Source: Octopus bimaculoides (Eukaryota). From it: 64,000 bases of DNA. The DNA is taken from NCBI RefSeq assembly GCF_001194135.2, contig NC_068985.1, positions 82,485,319 through 82,549,318 on the forward strand. The letters are read 5' to 3'. Of this stretch, positions 13,001 through 27,142 are shown piece after piece (the stretch's first letter is position 1; the number at the start of each line of letters is the position of its first letter). The translations under genes and the position numbers were made by a program. The notes under the pieces are model-generated. The model searched no databases, had not been told where the DNA came from, and was given only the letters and a program-made list of their open reading frames with translations.

Positions 13001-16000
13001 ACTTTTTTTCCCAGCAGTTTCTCATCAAACTTACAGGAGTGGAAGAGGACTACTTTGAATTGTATTTGACCAATGCATTATAAATTCATTTAATTTCTAG
13101 CATTACAGTCATCATTGAAACCAGTGGTTGCTCAGTGTTATATTTCCAATTTCTCTGATAGTCTGTTGAACTTCTAAGTTGCATTATAACAGTCACTTCT
13201 GGCAATTCAAACATTCACATATGCTTTTGTGCTTAGCTTTAGCTTCATGGATTTTCTGGTGTTGGAGATTATAGCATCTTTTATGGTTATTATCCTGGAA
13301 TATAAGTTTCCTGTGTTGTTTTGTTTTAAAAATATTTTAGAAATTTTACTGTCAAATTGGAAATGTTGAATAATTATACAGAAACTCCTACATAGAAACT
13401 CTAACTCTCATTTACTATTTGTACGTCAAAATAAGGCAAAAATATCTTTACATGTGATGTGCATGAAAGCTCTTCTATCAAAATGATGCCGCAACATGAT
13501 TCTAAAAAGACTGCTACTTTCATTTTATCTAAACAATCACATCCATGGAATACACATGTGTATACACACACACAAATAATGGTAACTGTTGTCTCTAATT
13601 CATTCCAAATATCTGAGTTCATCAAACACATTTCCATCTTTTTATCATCAATTTTCAGTCATGAAGTAGAAGGTTGGATACTCTATGCTTCATATGACCA
13701 AATACTGCAAAGCAGAATAAGACTATATTCCATCTTTTCTCAAACTCTCTCAATACTGGAGTGCTAAAGAATAGTTGAGTCGATTTTCTACAACTTCTCT
13801 GGAACCAATGTCTTCTTGAAAATGATTTAGCTGAATTTGAAGTTACTAATCTTATTGCAAGCAGGGAACAATTACTGTTATTGCAACAATACTACTGCAT
13901 AAAAATGAAAAAAATTAAAAAATAGGGTGAGATTGATGGTCTGCTAAAAAATTCTTTAAATTTGGAAATTTGGGCAAATAAAGGGGAAAAATTTCTGTTG
14001 AAAGGTAACACTGCTGACCAGAAATCACATACTCTTAAATGTGTTAAAAATTGTAGGACTTGATACATTGCAGTTTACTAATGAAAACCTTATAACTAAT
14101 ACATAACTAACTAAATGCATTCCATCGATTCTGTTTAATGAAATTATAGTAGGGTATTTTAGTCTTAAATAAACTACCAATATTATAAGCTACTGAAGTA
14201 AAGATTGAAATGATGAGTAGGTGTATTTTGTAATGAATTTTCACTTGATCTAAAAATTTCCAAATGCTCTGTAATGTTGACGGGAAATTGAAATTAGGAT
14301 TATAAATAAGTTGTTTTCCTTACCTCTCTCTAGCACTTAGTGGACAGATATTCTTTGATCCTGCTTTAGTGTGTACTAATTTCTGAAATCAATATATTTT
14401 AGCACTTTCATTTATTAGGTTGAGGAAGTTATTTTTTGTATGCATTCACACATTTTTAGCTGTTTAAGGATTTACCAAACATGTTGACTCAACATTACTT
14501 GCATTGAGTAGAGGGTACTTTTTTAACATGTAGATGAAGCATAATTGTAGTGATGAATCATTATTTACTATGATGTTGGAAATATAATTTCAAAAGGGAG
14601 TAAGAAAAATGCTTAAATTTTGAAAGTTCTGTCAAACATTTCTTTGAAAAAAAAAAATTGCCTTTGGAGATATAGACTAAGTAGTTTGTACTAATTAACT
14701 TACTAAAAAATGTATCTTATATAATTTATGCATTAAGATACCATATATTCATTGCTGTTATATAGATAGTCAGAAATAATCAAGTCTTCTTGTTGAAGCT
14801 TGTTCACTGATACTTACATTTCCATTGTAGGTACTGACTGCACTGGTTAGAGAGAAGCACAAGCAATGAAGTATGCAAGGAACACAATTACATGGTTATA
14901 ATCTTCCAAATAACATTTTAAAACATTTTATGGAGTCATTCAGACATCTATTTAAAAATAAGATTCTTACTATTGGTAATAATTCATCAAGTTTCTACAA
15001 ACGTTCCTTTACTTAAACAAAAGAAAATATCAGTAACTTGCATCAAATATAGAAAAAAGACTGGATCTTCAAAGATTAAACATAAATTTATGTTTTAATC
15101 TAGATATATTGATTAAGAAATGTTTGAATTTTCTGAAGCACCATAAAGAAATTGTATCATCTATATATCTATTTGTGTTTCTAAAGTATTTATATTTTGC
15201 TGTAGTTTTATAAAGTCTCTTTTCTGGTAATGTTGCAAACTGCTGATAATTGATAAAATGAACTATTTTGATATATAGCACATTTAAGTTTAAGAAAATT
15301 TTCAAAAGTTTATTGATAGATGAACTGTTTATCTTCTTAGCTCATTAAATGGTGAGGATATTGGAGGTAAATAATGGATTTTCAAACTTATTTGTAATGC
15401 TGTCTGTTGTATTTGGTATTTGTTTTTCATTCTAATTTGAGAAAAGATTTTGTATGTTGATTCCTCTTTGTGTTAGTGATGAAAGATAATCTTTGAACAT
15501 AGTATAGATCAAAAGCATACATTATAACCTCATGTAGAATTTGCATTTGCATTAAATGTGAGATTTTATTAAAATATTGCATTGATTTTCAGTTCAAAAG
15601 TTTATAGTTTATTTTATCCTTAGAACATATAAAGATATATTTCACAATATACGCAAATAATGTTTTTTATTTTCAGTTATATATACACGTTAATTCCTAC
15701 TGACAAGACTATTCATTGATTGATCTGTGTGACTAGTTTCTATTGTGTCTATATCACTCATCTATTGTCAGTTTTACAAATGCATCTAGCAGCAGTTAGA
15801 AAATGAGCATACTATTGCAAAAAGCTATTGTCAGTTGTTTTTATGTTACAAAGATTGACAGTATTTTGTCTAATCTCCTTTCAAAGCAAAAATAACATAA
15901 TAGACTGAAACTAAAGAATTAATTGTGATAATATTCATAAAAAGAAATATATCAGAAAAAATCTTAAGCTTTCTTTCATATGATTTGGAATTTAATTGTT

Positions 16001-17499
16001 CTTTTTTATAAGAATAAAAATCAAAGAATTTTTCATAAAACTCTCTTACAAGATCTACTTTGTGCTATTATACAATAGCAATTGTCATCAAAAGGATATT
16101 GATTTTCTGTTTTTTTTTTTATTAATTTAAATTAATATAAAAATGTATCTTCTGACCCTTTGTCGTATTTAATTGTCACAACAACACAAAGAATAAATGA
16201 ACAATTACCAAAATGAGAATATATAATTTTTATTCTTTGACAAACCACTTATTTTTTAAGCATCATGCATAATTTTTTCATAGATAATTATTTTTGTAAT
16301 AATTTATATATTTTTCCAGTACTTATACATGCATGCATCTGGTTGTTTTAGATATGTGTATACATCTTGATGTTTTCATTATTGTGCATGCATTTAACTA
16401 TTTTAGATATATTTGCATGCATCTATCTGCTTATAATATATGCATGCAAGTTTATGAATATATTCATAAATGTATCTTTTTGTTTTAGCTGCATCCTCTA
16501 GATACTCATACATATATGCTAGTTATTTGCAGTGGTTAAAAAAGAAGATAGAAATATTACAGTTATGAAATTAGTTTAAGTAGTCTATTCAACTTTTATG
16601 TTTCATTATCATAAATTTTCTGCCTATATCATGAAGGTTATATTACTATTTCTTGAAACATTTCTAATATAAACAATGTGAAGAGATAAATTCTCAACAA
16701 ATATAAGTATGTATCAAGTAGTGGTGCAAAAAATAAAAAAAAATTGTGCATTTTAACATTGATGAACAAAGAGATTTTTGTGATAGGATCTGGACCATAG
16801 GGTGTTTTGTTTCTTATTTAAAAAAAATTTTTCTATGACCTTCTAATTTCCATTTCATGTATTTATGTAATTGATGGCACAGTGTTTAAAATATGGGATT
16901 TTTTTCATAATTGTCAAGAGTACTGACTGGTTAGGACAACAACTACAAAATGAGTCATAATGCAGAGATATCAGAGTACTGTTAAGTTTTGAATTGCATA
17001 GAGTTATGATGAGGAATAAAAGTCTAGTTTTTTTTATGGGTTATACTTTATTTTGCATTGAGCACTATTTTGAAATAGAGATTAACAGGAATAACTAATT
17101 TCATACAACTTCATCATGAGCTTATGAGGAAAACTCTTCGCAGTCACTTGACATGCTAGGATAAGCAGCAAAATCTCCCAGAAAATATTATATATTTGCA
17201 GTCTAAAATACAATATGTCTTTGAAAATGAAAAAGTATACTCAGAGTTAGAATTCTGTAATTATATATCAGCTGTATCAGGGTACTAGGCAACAAACAAC
17301 ACATTGTCCTTGTATCCATAAGTATACAGATTAAGACTAATATTTATAAGATTTGCAAAAAATATTAGGCAATATTTATCATAAAACTAAAAACTCATGA
17401 ATGAAAAGAATTATGATATAGGACAGATGTAATAGAATATTCTTGTTAAACTATTTAGAGAAACATAGCATGGATAAAAGCGTGTGTGTCTATTTGTGT

Positions 17500-17945
17500 G
17501 TACCATTATCATCATTTGATATCTGTATTCTTTACTGGCATGATTCAACAGTATCTGACTAACCTTAGGGCTGCATTGGTCTCCAATGTCTGCTTTAGCA
17601 AAGTTTCTACAGCTATATGACCTTCATAATGCCACCCACTTTACAGAGCTTGTGAGGACACTATGTAGCTCACAAGAAAGACTCTTTGACAGTGATGTAC
17701 GATAGTGAGGTAGGTAGCTTTGTGCCTGGTGTTGAGTGTCAGTCACTCCATGTAGAGGAAATACATAGCTACTCCAGCAGAAAAGGGGGAGAGGATTGTG
17801 GAGATGAGGTATGAGGGAATGCCTTCAAGATAGAAAAAAAGTAGGTAAGAGAGAATAGGGACAGGGAATTAAGGATGGTTGGATGGGCAGAAAGTTCACA
17901 AGTGTGAAAGGATAGTGAGTGACAGAGATGAGAACAGAAGTGAAA
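17500..17945 (-). mobile_element. Diverged (GAT)n-tailed retroposon (family C) with an adjacent purine-rich tract
   Basis: catcattt...ctggcatg...tttctacagctatatgaccttcataatgccacccactttacagag is the reverse complement of the family C tail. It is followed by a GA-rich stretch. Confidence 0.5.
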
Positions 17946-17952
17946 GCAGTAA

Positions 17953-18416
17953 ATGGTGAATGCCTATAACTAGGCTAAATGTTAAATTCAACTTACAATG
18001 AAAGTAAACAAAGTTTGCTTTAGAAGCTTTGAGATGTATTGAAAGATACAGAAATAATTTATTCTCAAACACATGATAATTCTAATACCATATCATGAAC
18101 AGGATAAACTATCCATATATTGCAGAAAAATTCATTACCAGCCAGCCATGAGACTCAAACTCACACTCCTGTGATTACACATCAAGTGCTTTACTTGATG
18201 CGTAATCACAGGGATGTGAGTTTGAGCCTGGTAACGAATTTTTCTGCAATATATGGATAGTTTATCCTATTCATGATATGGTATTAGCATTATCATGCAT
18301 TTGAGAATAAATTATTTCAGTATCTTTCCATACATCTCAAAGCTTCTAAAGCAAACTTTGTTTACTTTCATTGTAAGTTGAATTTAACATTTAGCCTAGT
18401 TACAGACATTTGCCAT
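17953..18416. repeat. Long near-perfect inverted repeat (arms about 225-235 bp, 5-nt spacer) made of a SINE-like sequence
   Basis: 17953-18187 is the reverse complement of 18193-18416 at about 90%, with one indel of about 11 nt. The centre is atcaagt-gcttt-acttgat. The arms carry a B-box-like gtgagtttgagcc near the centre. Confidence 0.9.
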
Positions 18417-18684
18417 GATAGCTATATCTGGTAGAGAAAGAATTCATTTTCTTCACCATTATCTATTGTATGGGTCATATCTTATTACATTAGCACTGAG
18501 GAGACAAGCTTGAAACCAAGAATTACTTTATTTTATATTAGTTTTTATTTACAATTCATAAAATCTAGCCAGGCCAGTTTGCATCTGCACAGAACTTGGT
18601 TTCAGATGATGACATTTGCATAAAGATGTCACTAGGTTTCAAAAGTTTTGTTTTTATTCATCCTGACATAGATGCATATAATAT

Positions 18685-18870
18685 AGACATGGATGAATGG
18701 TTAAGAAGTTCACTTCCCAATCATATGGTTTTAGATCCATTCTCACTGCATATGACATCTTGGAAAAGAGTCTTCTATAATAGCCCTATGTGAGTGGCTT
18801 GGGTTGACAAGAACTCATAGAGGCTCATTGTGTGTTATTGTGTATACATACATATGCACATACAGACATG
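18685..18870 (+). mobile_element. Diverged family A SINE
   Basis: Reads ggatgaatggttaagaagttcacttcccaatcatatggtt...actgca...gtcttctataatagcc. Confidence 0.55.
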
Positions 18871-19002
18871 TAGATATGACAAACTTATGACCTACTTCTT
18901 AGATGTAAGATTGAAAGTACAGTGCGTATTTAACAATTAATGTTGAGTTTCTTAGGCCATTGACAAAGTCCAGATGAGAAACCAAGAATCGCTTTCAGTA
19001 TA

Positions 19003-19887
19003 TACATGGTCTGATCAATAAGTATCCAGAATGTTGCTATAGTAATGAAGCTACAGTGTGGAGAGTAAAGCCACTTGGCACAGATTGACCTTGAACACTA
19101 CTGTGCATTTTCACTAAGTTTTAACATTCTAGCTCGCTTCCACTATTTACAACAGTGCTTGGAAGTAATGTCTGTAGCATATGATCATTGCATTGAGAAT
19201 GACAGGGAAAGTTGAGCAGAGAATCTGCATCAAATTTTGCCAAAAGCTTGGTGATACCTGCTCAGAGGCTTACGCAAAGTTTTCAGAAAGTTTTCTTTGT
19301 TCTCGACTCAATCAGGGAGACCTTGTGCAACTGAAGCCTGAGTGTCATTTTGGCCTGCCGAAAGCAGTTTTGGCACAAACAGTGATAATGGGCTGAACTG
19401 AATCATAACTTCAATCTTCAGTGATAATGAACTGAACTGAACCATAACTAATCTGCACATCCTCTGATAACTGACTGGTGATTCAATGATTTCCCTGCAC
19501 AGCTGCACACACATCTGCAATGTTTTCTCAGTTCTGCTGGTTGCAGGTCTCTCAGAACATTTGTCAATATTGACACTTTTTCGGTCATCTTGGAAACGTC
19601 TGAACCACTCATACACTTGTGTGTAGCTCATACACTTTCTGCAAGTTTGCGCAGGCCTCTGAGCAGGTATCGCCATGACAGCTTACTCTGTCATTGTCAA
19701 TGCGATGATCACATGCTACACACCTTCCTTCCAAGCACTGCTGTAAACAGGAGTGAGCTAGAATGTTAAGACTTAGTGCGCATGCACAACAGAGTTCCAG
19801 GTCAATCTGTGTCAAGCAGCTTCACTCTGCATGTTTTAACTTCGTTACTATGGCAACAGACCAGTTACTTATTGATCAGACATCGTA
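19003..19887. mobile_element. Mariner-derived element with two 5' ends in inverted orientation
   Basis: TACATGGTCTGATCAATAAGT at 19003 (+) and TACGATGTCTGATCAATAAGT at 19887 (-) are TA-flanked termini. The plus arm encodes MTGKVEQRICIKFCQKLGDTCSEAYAK. The minus arm encodes GDTCSEACANLQKVYE, then MSYTQVYEWFRRFQDDRKSV...SERPATSRT and FVPKLLSAGQND...VENKENFLK, which is the mariner N-terminal HTH region. Confidence 0.9.
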
Positions 19888-20962
19888 TCATCATCAACAT
19901 CATACATACTTTCCAGTATGTGTCTGTATAGGACATGTTTTACTTAAGATGTAAAGTGCATAAGGAGAAATTAGAATGTGATGCATTTATATGTAAGACT
20001 GTTTTTTTCAAAGAAGAAGTTTTTGAGCTGGTCTTTTGTTCTCATTTGCCATCGTCTGAAATTCTCATGGTATCAACAGTTGTTGATGAGTATCTACCCT
20101 TCAATCACAAGGATTTTTCTAAAATCTATATGACAAATAGTTTTAATTTTAACTTTTCAGTGATGATAGTCAACCAGTTTTGTTGCATGGTAGCCTCTTT
20201 TTAGGTGCTATTTGAAATGTAATGTCTTGAACTATTATCACAGGATTGTAATTTTGTTCATGCATGTTGACAGTTTTGAATTGGTACAATTCACAAATTT
20301 CAAAATTACTGGCTAGTTTGGTGTGTAGTATGAAAATCTGAGGTTGATAGTAACAGTTATAATTTCATGATCTGTGTTGAGTTTGAGTATACATTTCAAC
20401 TTCAACAATATTTAATTCAACTGAATTATTTGGGTGCTGTCAAGTGCATATGTGCCCATTTTAGTGAAGTTACATTTTACTAAGTGGTGATAAACTGAAT
20501 TCATTAACATACCTGAATCACTTGATGCTACACATTTCTTCATTTGGAGTTTAAAGATCAGAAAATATTCCCCAAATTTGGATTAATGATGTATCTCTGC
20601 AAAAGCATGAGCTTAGTGGAAATTTAACTCAATTTTTCATCCCTTTCTTGAAAGGGAGTAATGTTGGATTTCAGGGGCCTATTATAATCATATGCAAATA
20701 TTCTTTAGTATTTCAGGAATGTTAAGTTGTCATCATTAGAAACTAAGACCAGGTTATTTGATAATAATACATAAATTGTTGTACATCTATAATGAATTCA
20801 TATTTATCTTAAAATTTAGAATTCTACTTTTTGTATGAACATTCTGCAGATTTTAATTGGACCTTCCTTTTAGTTTATTTTCTTTTATTTCTACATTTGA
20901 TTTTTTTACAGATAAATTTACAAGAAACAAATGGTGTGTGTATGCATGTATCTACATATGTA

Positions 20963-20994
<32 letters not shown>

Positions 20995-22959
20995 GTTTTT
21001 GCTTGTTAGAATGTGTTTTAGGGGAATGGACTAGTCTTGTGTAGAATATTTTCATTTACTAGAACTAGATGAAGGGAAATATTGCAGGTTATTAGAGCAA
21101 AATGATTAGTGATATCCATACGATATATGTGAAATAAAATATTTTGTAATCCTTTCCATGAAAACTGTATATAAAGAAAAAAGAACAGTTTGATAGTTTG
21201 ATTGATAGAAATATGTGTGGAATTCTTCATAACTATACTTATGGTAAAGTTTCCATAATTTACTGTTTTGCATTAACTGTTTGCAGAGAATTAATAATGT
21301 AAACATAGAAGGTCATTTATTATAAAATAAATTAAGATGCATTTTCGATTGTTCATTTGAGGATTTGGTCTCCTGACAATGAACAAATATGAAAGTGTAC
21401 AGACCATTTATCAATTTATGTATTTAATTTCATCATTGAAGTTGAGTAGAAGCAGTATTATAATGAGATTTTTTGTTGTTGTTGTTGTTTTTTGGGAAAA
21501 ATAACTAGTTTAATAATATTATTTGAAACCAGAGCAACTGTGGCAGTAGTTTCACTTTTTGATTTTATTTTGCTGACTGACTTGTTTGCAATGATTGAAT
21601 AAAACTAGTTCAAAAATGATTTCAAAATCTACTGAATCAGTGATTTTAGCTATATTTCATTTTCATTTGGCTATTGTTTAAATAATGCTCCCACCCTTTT
21701 CTATCAATCTGGATTTAATAGATTTATTCTGTTTGATTTAAAATGAAAAAGGCAAACAAGCTCTATTAATTTTTTTGTCTTTTTATTTTATTATCAGTAA
21801 ATTAAGCAAAAAAAAAAAGGATTCTGAAAGAATATTCTATTTAAAACAAAACTATTTCTTTTCTTTTTATTCTTTCAATATAAATTTTACATTTTCATAG
21901 TAGACTGTGATTGAAATTGTCATATTTTAATACTTTATTCTATGCAACAAAGAAAAATATAATGATAGTTTTGATACATAAACAGTAAAATATTGGAATC
22001 AATTGATTTTACTAAGCTAAAAATATTAAAAGAACTGGAAGATATAAAATTATTGAAGAAAATATGCTTGATCTAAAATAAAGCTAATATTTTTGTAATA
22101 ATTCAAATGTCCTTGTTCTAAGCTCTTTTCATAAAGAAGTTCTAATTAAATTGGCACATAGAACAATATAAATTGGAAGAAAGTATATGCTACTTCAAAG
22201 AAAAAAAATTAGAGTAAAAACAAACCAACAAATGAGCAAATAGAATCAATACTTATATGACCTCTGAAATTTTGTTGAGTGATATATAAAAAAGTTTCTC
22301 TTGGCTACTGTTTAACCTTGAAACAAGATTTAGTTTAAAATACAGTATATCATAACAATGTGTGATATCTCTAACTTACAAAATTTGAGTTGACTGGTAC
22401 TTTAAGTTTCATTTGATAACTTATTTCAGACTGAGAAAATTAAGCCATTGGGCAATCCCCTACAATCAGTAAATGTTCCATTTTCATTCTTAACCATTTA
22501 ACTTTCAGATTACTCACCATTTGTAATGCTTATTCATTCAAATTGTTTTGAATTAATCATGCGTTATCTCATAGCTTTCAGATTTCAATGATGTAATTAT
22601 TTACTTTTAGAATGACATTGCAGGGTAGTTGTGAGAGGCTTGATCTGGTCAGTTTGAACACAGACAGGCTGAATATTAGGCCTGATATAGCCAGTTTGAA
22701 TGCTAAAGAGCTAAACTTTTGAAAAAATAATGTCTTCAATTTATGTAATATTCAATCAAATAATTTGAATTTATTACTAAAATTAAAGTATTTAAAACTT
22801 TGGTTTCAATTTTCATTTTGTGATGTTTACATTTAAGAACTGTTTATGTAATATTTTAACTAAAAAAATAGTTCAGCACAAAACTAGTGTTGTATTAATT
22901 AATCTGTTATTTGGACTTATATATCACTAATGAGTGTTTCTCTTCTACCTGTTTAGTAT

Positions 22960-23305
22960 TTGGATTGTAGCTATGCTGGAGCACTACCTGTTTTGGCAAA
23001 AAAAAAATGTATCAACCTAGTGCTTATAAGTCTAATGCTTATTCTGTTTTCTGTTAGTTTAATTTGCTGAACCATTAAGTTAGAGGCACATAAGCCCAGT
23101 ACAGGTTGTTAAGCAGGGGCAGACACACATACACATATATACATAGCCCATGGGCTTCTTCATAGTTTCTGTCTACCAAATTTTTTCATAAGGAATTGGT
23201 TGGCCTGAATCTAAAGTAGAAGACACTTGCTCAAGACGCTGCACTAAAGGAACTGAACCTGAATCCACATGGTTGCAAAGTAAACTTATTAATCACATAG
23301 CCTTC
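22960..23305 (-). mobile_element. Family A SINE, near full length, diverged
   Basis: Reads gctatgctggagcact...gctgaaccattaagtta...ggttgttaagca...agtagaagacacttgctcaag...ggaactgaacc. Confidence 0.7.
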
Positions 23306-23313
23306 ATCTACAG

Positions 23314-23375
23314 TAGCATTTCTCAACTGGGGTTCCCCAGAACCCTAGGGTTCCACAAGAGGTTCCTAGGAGTTG
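23314..23375 (+). mobile_element. Isolated hAT-like terminal fragment
   Basis: TAGCATTTCTCAACTGGGGTTCCCCAGAACCCTAGGGTTCCACAAGAGG resembles the CAGCGTTTCTCAAC-type termini of Buster/Charlie MITEs. No partner end is visible before the gap. Confidence 0.5.
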
Positions 23376-23485
23376 TGTGAGAAGGAGTGAAATAAACTAA
23401 TGCTAATTATACATGCACAACATATTGGTTATTGTAAGATAGACACCATCCTATCTAATCTATTATGTTATCAAAAAAATATGAC

Positions 23486-23486
<1 letters not shown>

Positions 23487-23524
<38 letters not shown>

Positions 23525-23797
23525 GCACACTCACACACNNNNNNNNNNNNNNNNNNNNNNNNNNNNNNNNNNNNNNNNNNNNNNNNNNNNNNNNNNNNNN
23601 NNNNNNNNNNNNNNNNNNNNNNNNNNNNNNNNNNNNNNNNNNNNNNNNNNNNNNNNNNNNNNNNNNNNNNNNNNNNNNNNNNNNNNNNNNNNNNNNNNNN
23701 NNNNNNNNNNNNNNNNNNNNNNNNNNNNNNNNNNNNNNNNNNNNNNNNNNNNNNNNNNNNNNNNNNNNNNNNNNNNNNNNNNNNNNNNNNNNNNNNN

Positions 23798-23857
<60 letters not shown>
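23487..23857. repeat. Compound (TA)n/(CA)n microsatellite spanning an N gap (23539-23797)
   Basis: Seen directly in the sequence. Confidence 0.95.
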
Positions 23858-23858
<1 letters not shown>

Positions 23859-26800
23859 AGTGTTAAACAGAGCAGCAAACATTAAGGCAAGGTAAACATC
23901 TCAGGTCATATACAATATTATTGTAGGAAGAAATTCAAAATCTTACAGTGATATCCCCAAGTATGGGATATTCCATCATCAGAGACAAATAGGGAAGAGG
24001 AGAATGGTATATATTAATGAGATGATGGCATAGAGGAAGGGAGTAAAAGAATAAGGAGATGGAAAGAAAGAATAAAAAAGAAAAAAAGTAATCTGTTACA
24101 GCACTTACCTAGTGTACCTAATCATTTAGAACACCTGTGAACTAAACCCCCATACTTTGTATATATACACATATGTGTGTGTGTGATATTTACCATGTGA
24201 ACTACAAAGAAAAAATATGAGAAAGTATATAATTTTTTTGTTCCTTGAGACATGTAACTGTGAACTATGTTATGATATATTGAAAAATGCTATATTGCAG
24301 TTCAAAGATAGAGAAGCATTGACTGCCTTTGATGAACTAATTATATTTATGCATTACAGTTTATAATGTATGAATAAGAACATAGAATCACTATAACAAA
24401 ATGAGAAACTTAATTTCTTTTATTTCCTGATAAAAACCATTTCTAATCAGTGCTACTTTTTGTTGGAAAAAATTTTCATCTCTTTGATAACGCATGTATC
24501 CTAAATGTTATATTCTATCTACAACATGCTTATTTGTACAAACTCCTGAAGTTTAGTGTCTTAATTTGTTTTGAAAATTTCTTGAAAACCTCTCTCTCTC
24601 TTTCTCACATTCATCATCTCACTTGCAATTATCTGTCACTTCTTTAAGCAGAGATCAACAAATTTGTCAAAAATACAGTACCTTATTCACTCATCTAACT
24701 GAATTCTTTTAATTTTAAGAAACTAATCAATAAATGATGTAATGAAAAAAGGCAAATTTTGTTACACATAATGATTGAGAAATTATTATTATTAAACAAC
24801 AAGAGGTTGGTGAGGAAAAGTACTCTGTTGAAACCCTTTCTCCCCTTTAATTGTTTTGTTAAATCAAAATCTTTTCTGGGTAAAATTCATAAAATGAAAT
24901 TTTATTTTCAAGATTATAGGAAGCATGTTCAATCAGATCTACTGTCTTAGGTAATTTCTCTGATAATTATCTTTGTTTCTTGGAGTTTCTGTGCCTTTTT
25001 CTTTTTTAAGAACATAAATTGTTAGCTAAAAGTCAGCACTTTTCTTTGGCTACTGAACTGATAACAAATGTGTATATTGTATTAAATGAATAAATAAAAT
25101 TAAACACCTCAATCCAGATGTCATTTCCCATAAAACTATTTCAAATAAGACTGTAAATAAATTGTGATGGCATGTCTTATATCTTTGTCTGAACTTGACA
25201 TATTGGTGTCTGTTTTTCCATATTGACAAGAGTTAGCTGGCTTTGCTTGATAGTCATTCCCTATTTCTCTAAAATCTATATTGATAATCAATTTGAAAAT
25301 GAAATTTCAGAGAGAATTTATTATTTTATATTGATCAACCTTTCTTCAATACTATAAAATTGGATGGTAATTCCATTTAATTTTCCTCCCTCTCCTGCTT
25401 TTTTCTCTTTGTTTTGTAATTATAGTTAAGTTACTTTCATATTGAAAATGTGCTTATTCCATTACATTTGTTGAGTCACAGCATTTATAAAGACGTAGTG
25501 ATTGTTGGTTAGGAAGAAAGAATTGGTTTTTAAACAGCTGTTCAATTTCTTTGTTTAAGGATTGAGACATTTTGCTCCAATGAATATCAAACATTGATTT
25601 AGACTAAAGAACATTTGATACTTAATGAGGAAGTGTTTGTAAATCAGTTTAGAAAAATGGTAACTAATTTTACCAACATGAAATTTAATAAATCGAACTT
25701 TTCTATAGTAATTTCGATATTAAGAATTTTAATTTATGACATTAAAATAAATTTATAGATCTAAATTCAAGGAAACTTGAGTTTAGATTCATAATTTGGA
25801 CTAGAATAATATCATATAATAAGGATGTTGATGATTAATAGTTTAGAGTTGGGGTTGAAAATACTTGTAACTTCTATTTCTTTTATAAATTTCAAATGTT
25901 TCTTTTTCCCAAAAGTGCAAAAGGCTAAGTTTGACATGAATAGATTTAAAATTTTTAGCCACAATATTTCTGTATTATAATTATTACTAGCCATCTGAGG
26001 TACGTGTTAATGAATTTTAGGAGTTAGTGAAACTCACTACAATCTTGAGCAGAAGAAAACTGCATGAAGAAAACAAATCAAATAAATATTGGAACATTTG
26101 TGATGTGGATATTAAACCATAGATATTCTGCTCTAGGGTAAAACTATTTTGCTTAAACTGCAACATAATCATCTTTAAATCTACAATATGTATAGTAAGA
26201 GTGGGGATATGAATATCCAGGCAGATAAGGCGTTACTCTATGCAAAGTGCCAAAGCTGGTTTCTTCCAATGGTCCATTTTAAGGTATATTTCTTAAAAAA
26301 CTACCATCTGATGTTAAGGTTAATTTCCTGACTACTTAGAATGTAAAATCACAATACTGATAATAAGGAAAATGAAGAATTTAAACATTCAAGTTTTCTG
26401 CTTGGTTTATTCTTAATAATTGTCTGACATGTTTTGATCGTATCACTTGCAAATTACTGCATATTTATATGCAGGGATTTATGTATAATTTGTACAATCT
26501 CTTCAGAGTGAATAAATATGTCATTGTTCAAGGAGTAATTCTTCCTGTTATTAGTTTGAATCAGGCCTGGTAGTGGTAGTAGTAAATGATGTTGCTCAAT
26601 GAGGAGTTGCTATTCACAACTGATTGTTTGTGTAAAAATCTGGTAGCACCAGCAGTAGTGTTTGTTGACATTGCCAAATTTTACTGAACCATTTGGGAGT
26701 GGTTATTTATAGAACACTTTTCTTTTGAATTATTCTACACTCCTTATAGTCATGCAGTATTTTAAATAGATTTTCAAGTTGGTTCTATTTAGATTGTGAT

Positions 26801-27142
26801 GGAAATAGTTGTGGATGATTACAGATCAGTAGGCACCACGTGGTTAATAAAATGAAGTAGTTAATTGTAAATTCTAGATATTTTTTCAATTTAATTAATA
26901 GTATTGTTCCAAAGAATTGAATGGCTAGAATTACATGGTTCTTGCATTCTATTATTCATGTTTTTTTTTAAAAATAAGACATTATGCAAGCAATTAAAAC
27001 TTCTTTCTTGTCTAGTGTTAACTAGTTCAAGTAAATATTTAGTATAATTCTTCTAGGCACAAATTGTATTTTTCATCCCCTATTTTGCAAGGTTTTGCAG
27101 TACTAATAATTTCCCATTTTAATAAATATTTAATATTTTCAT

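Noticed and set aside
14831-14870. AG...GTATGC-bounded 40-nt exon candidate (VLTALVREKHKQ*)
   Set aside because: It has stops in all three frames and no linked upstream exon.
18193-18240. tRNA-like segment with a B box
   Set aside because: It lacks an acceptor stem and D arm and is part of a SINE-like repeat. The same holds for all SINE heads, so no true tRNA gene is called.
20912-20933. 22-nt exon candidate after a long polypyrimidine tract
   Set aside because: The donor GTGTGT is just the start of a GT microsatellite, and the exon would not preserve frame.
22612-22722. Short ORF MTLQGSCERLDLVSLN... after an acceptor-like site
   Set aside because: It is only 36 aa, has no recognisable homology, and its size is expected by chance.
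23400-23885. Long ORFs in several frames
   Set aside because: They are artefacts of translating through microsatellites and N gaps. The same applies to 49983-50498, 61974-62225 and 63352-63543.
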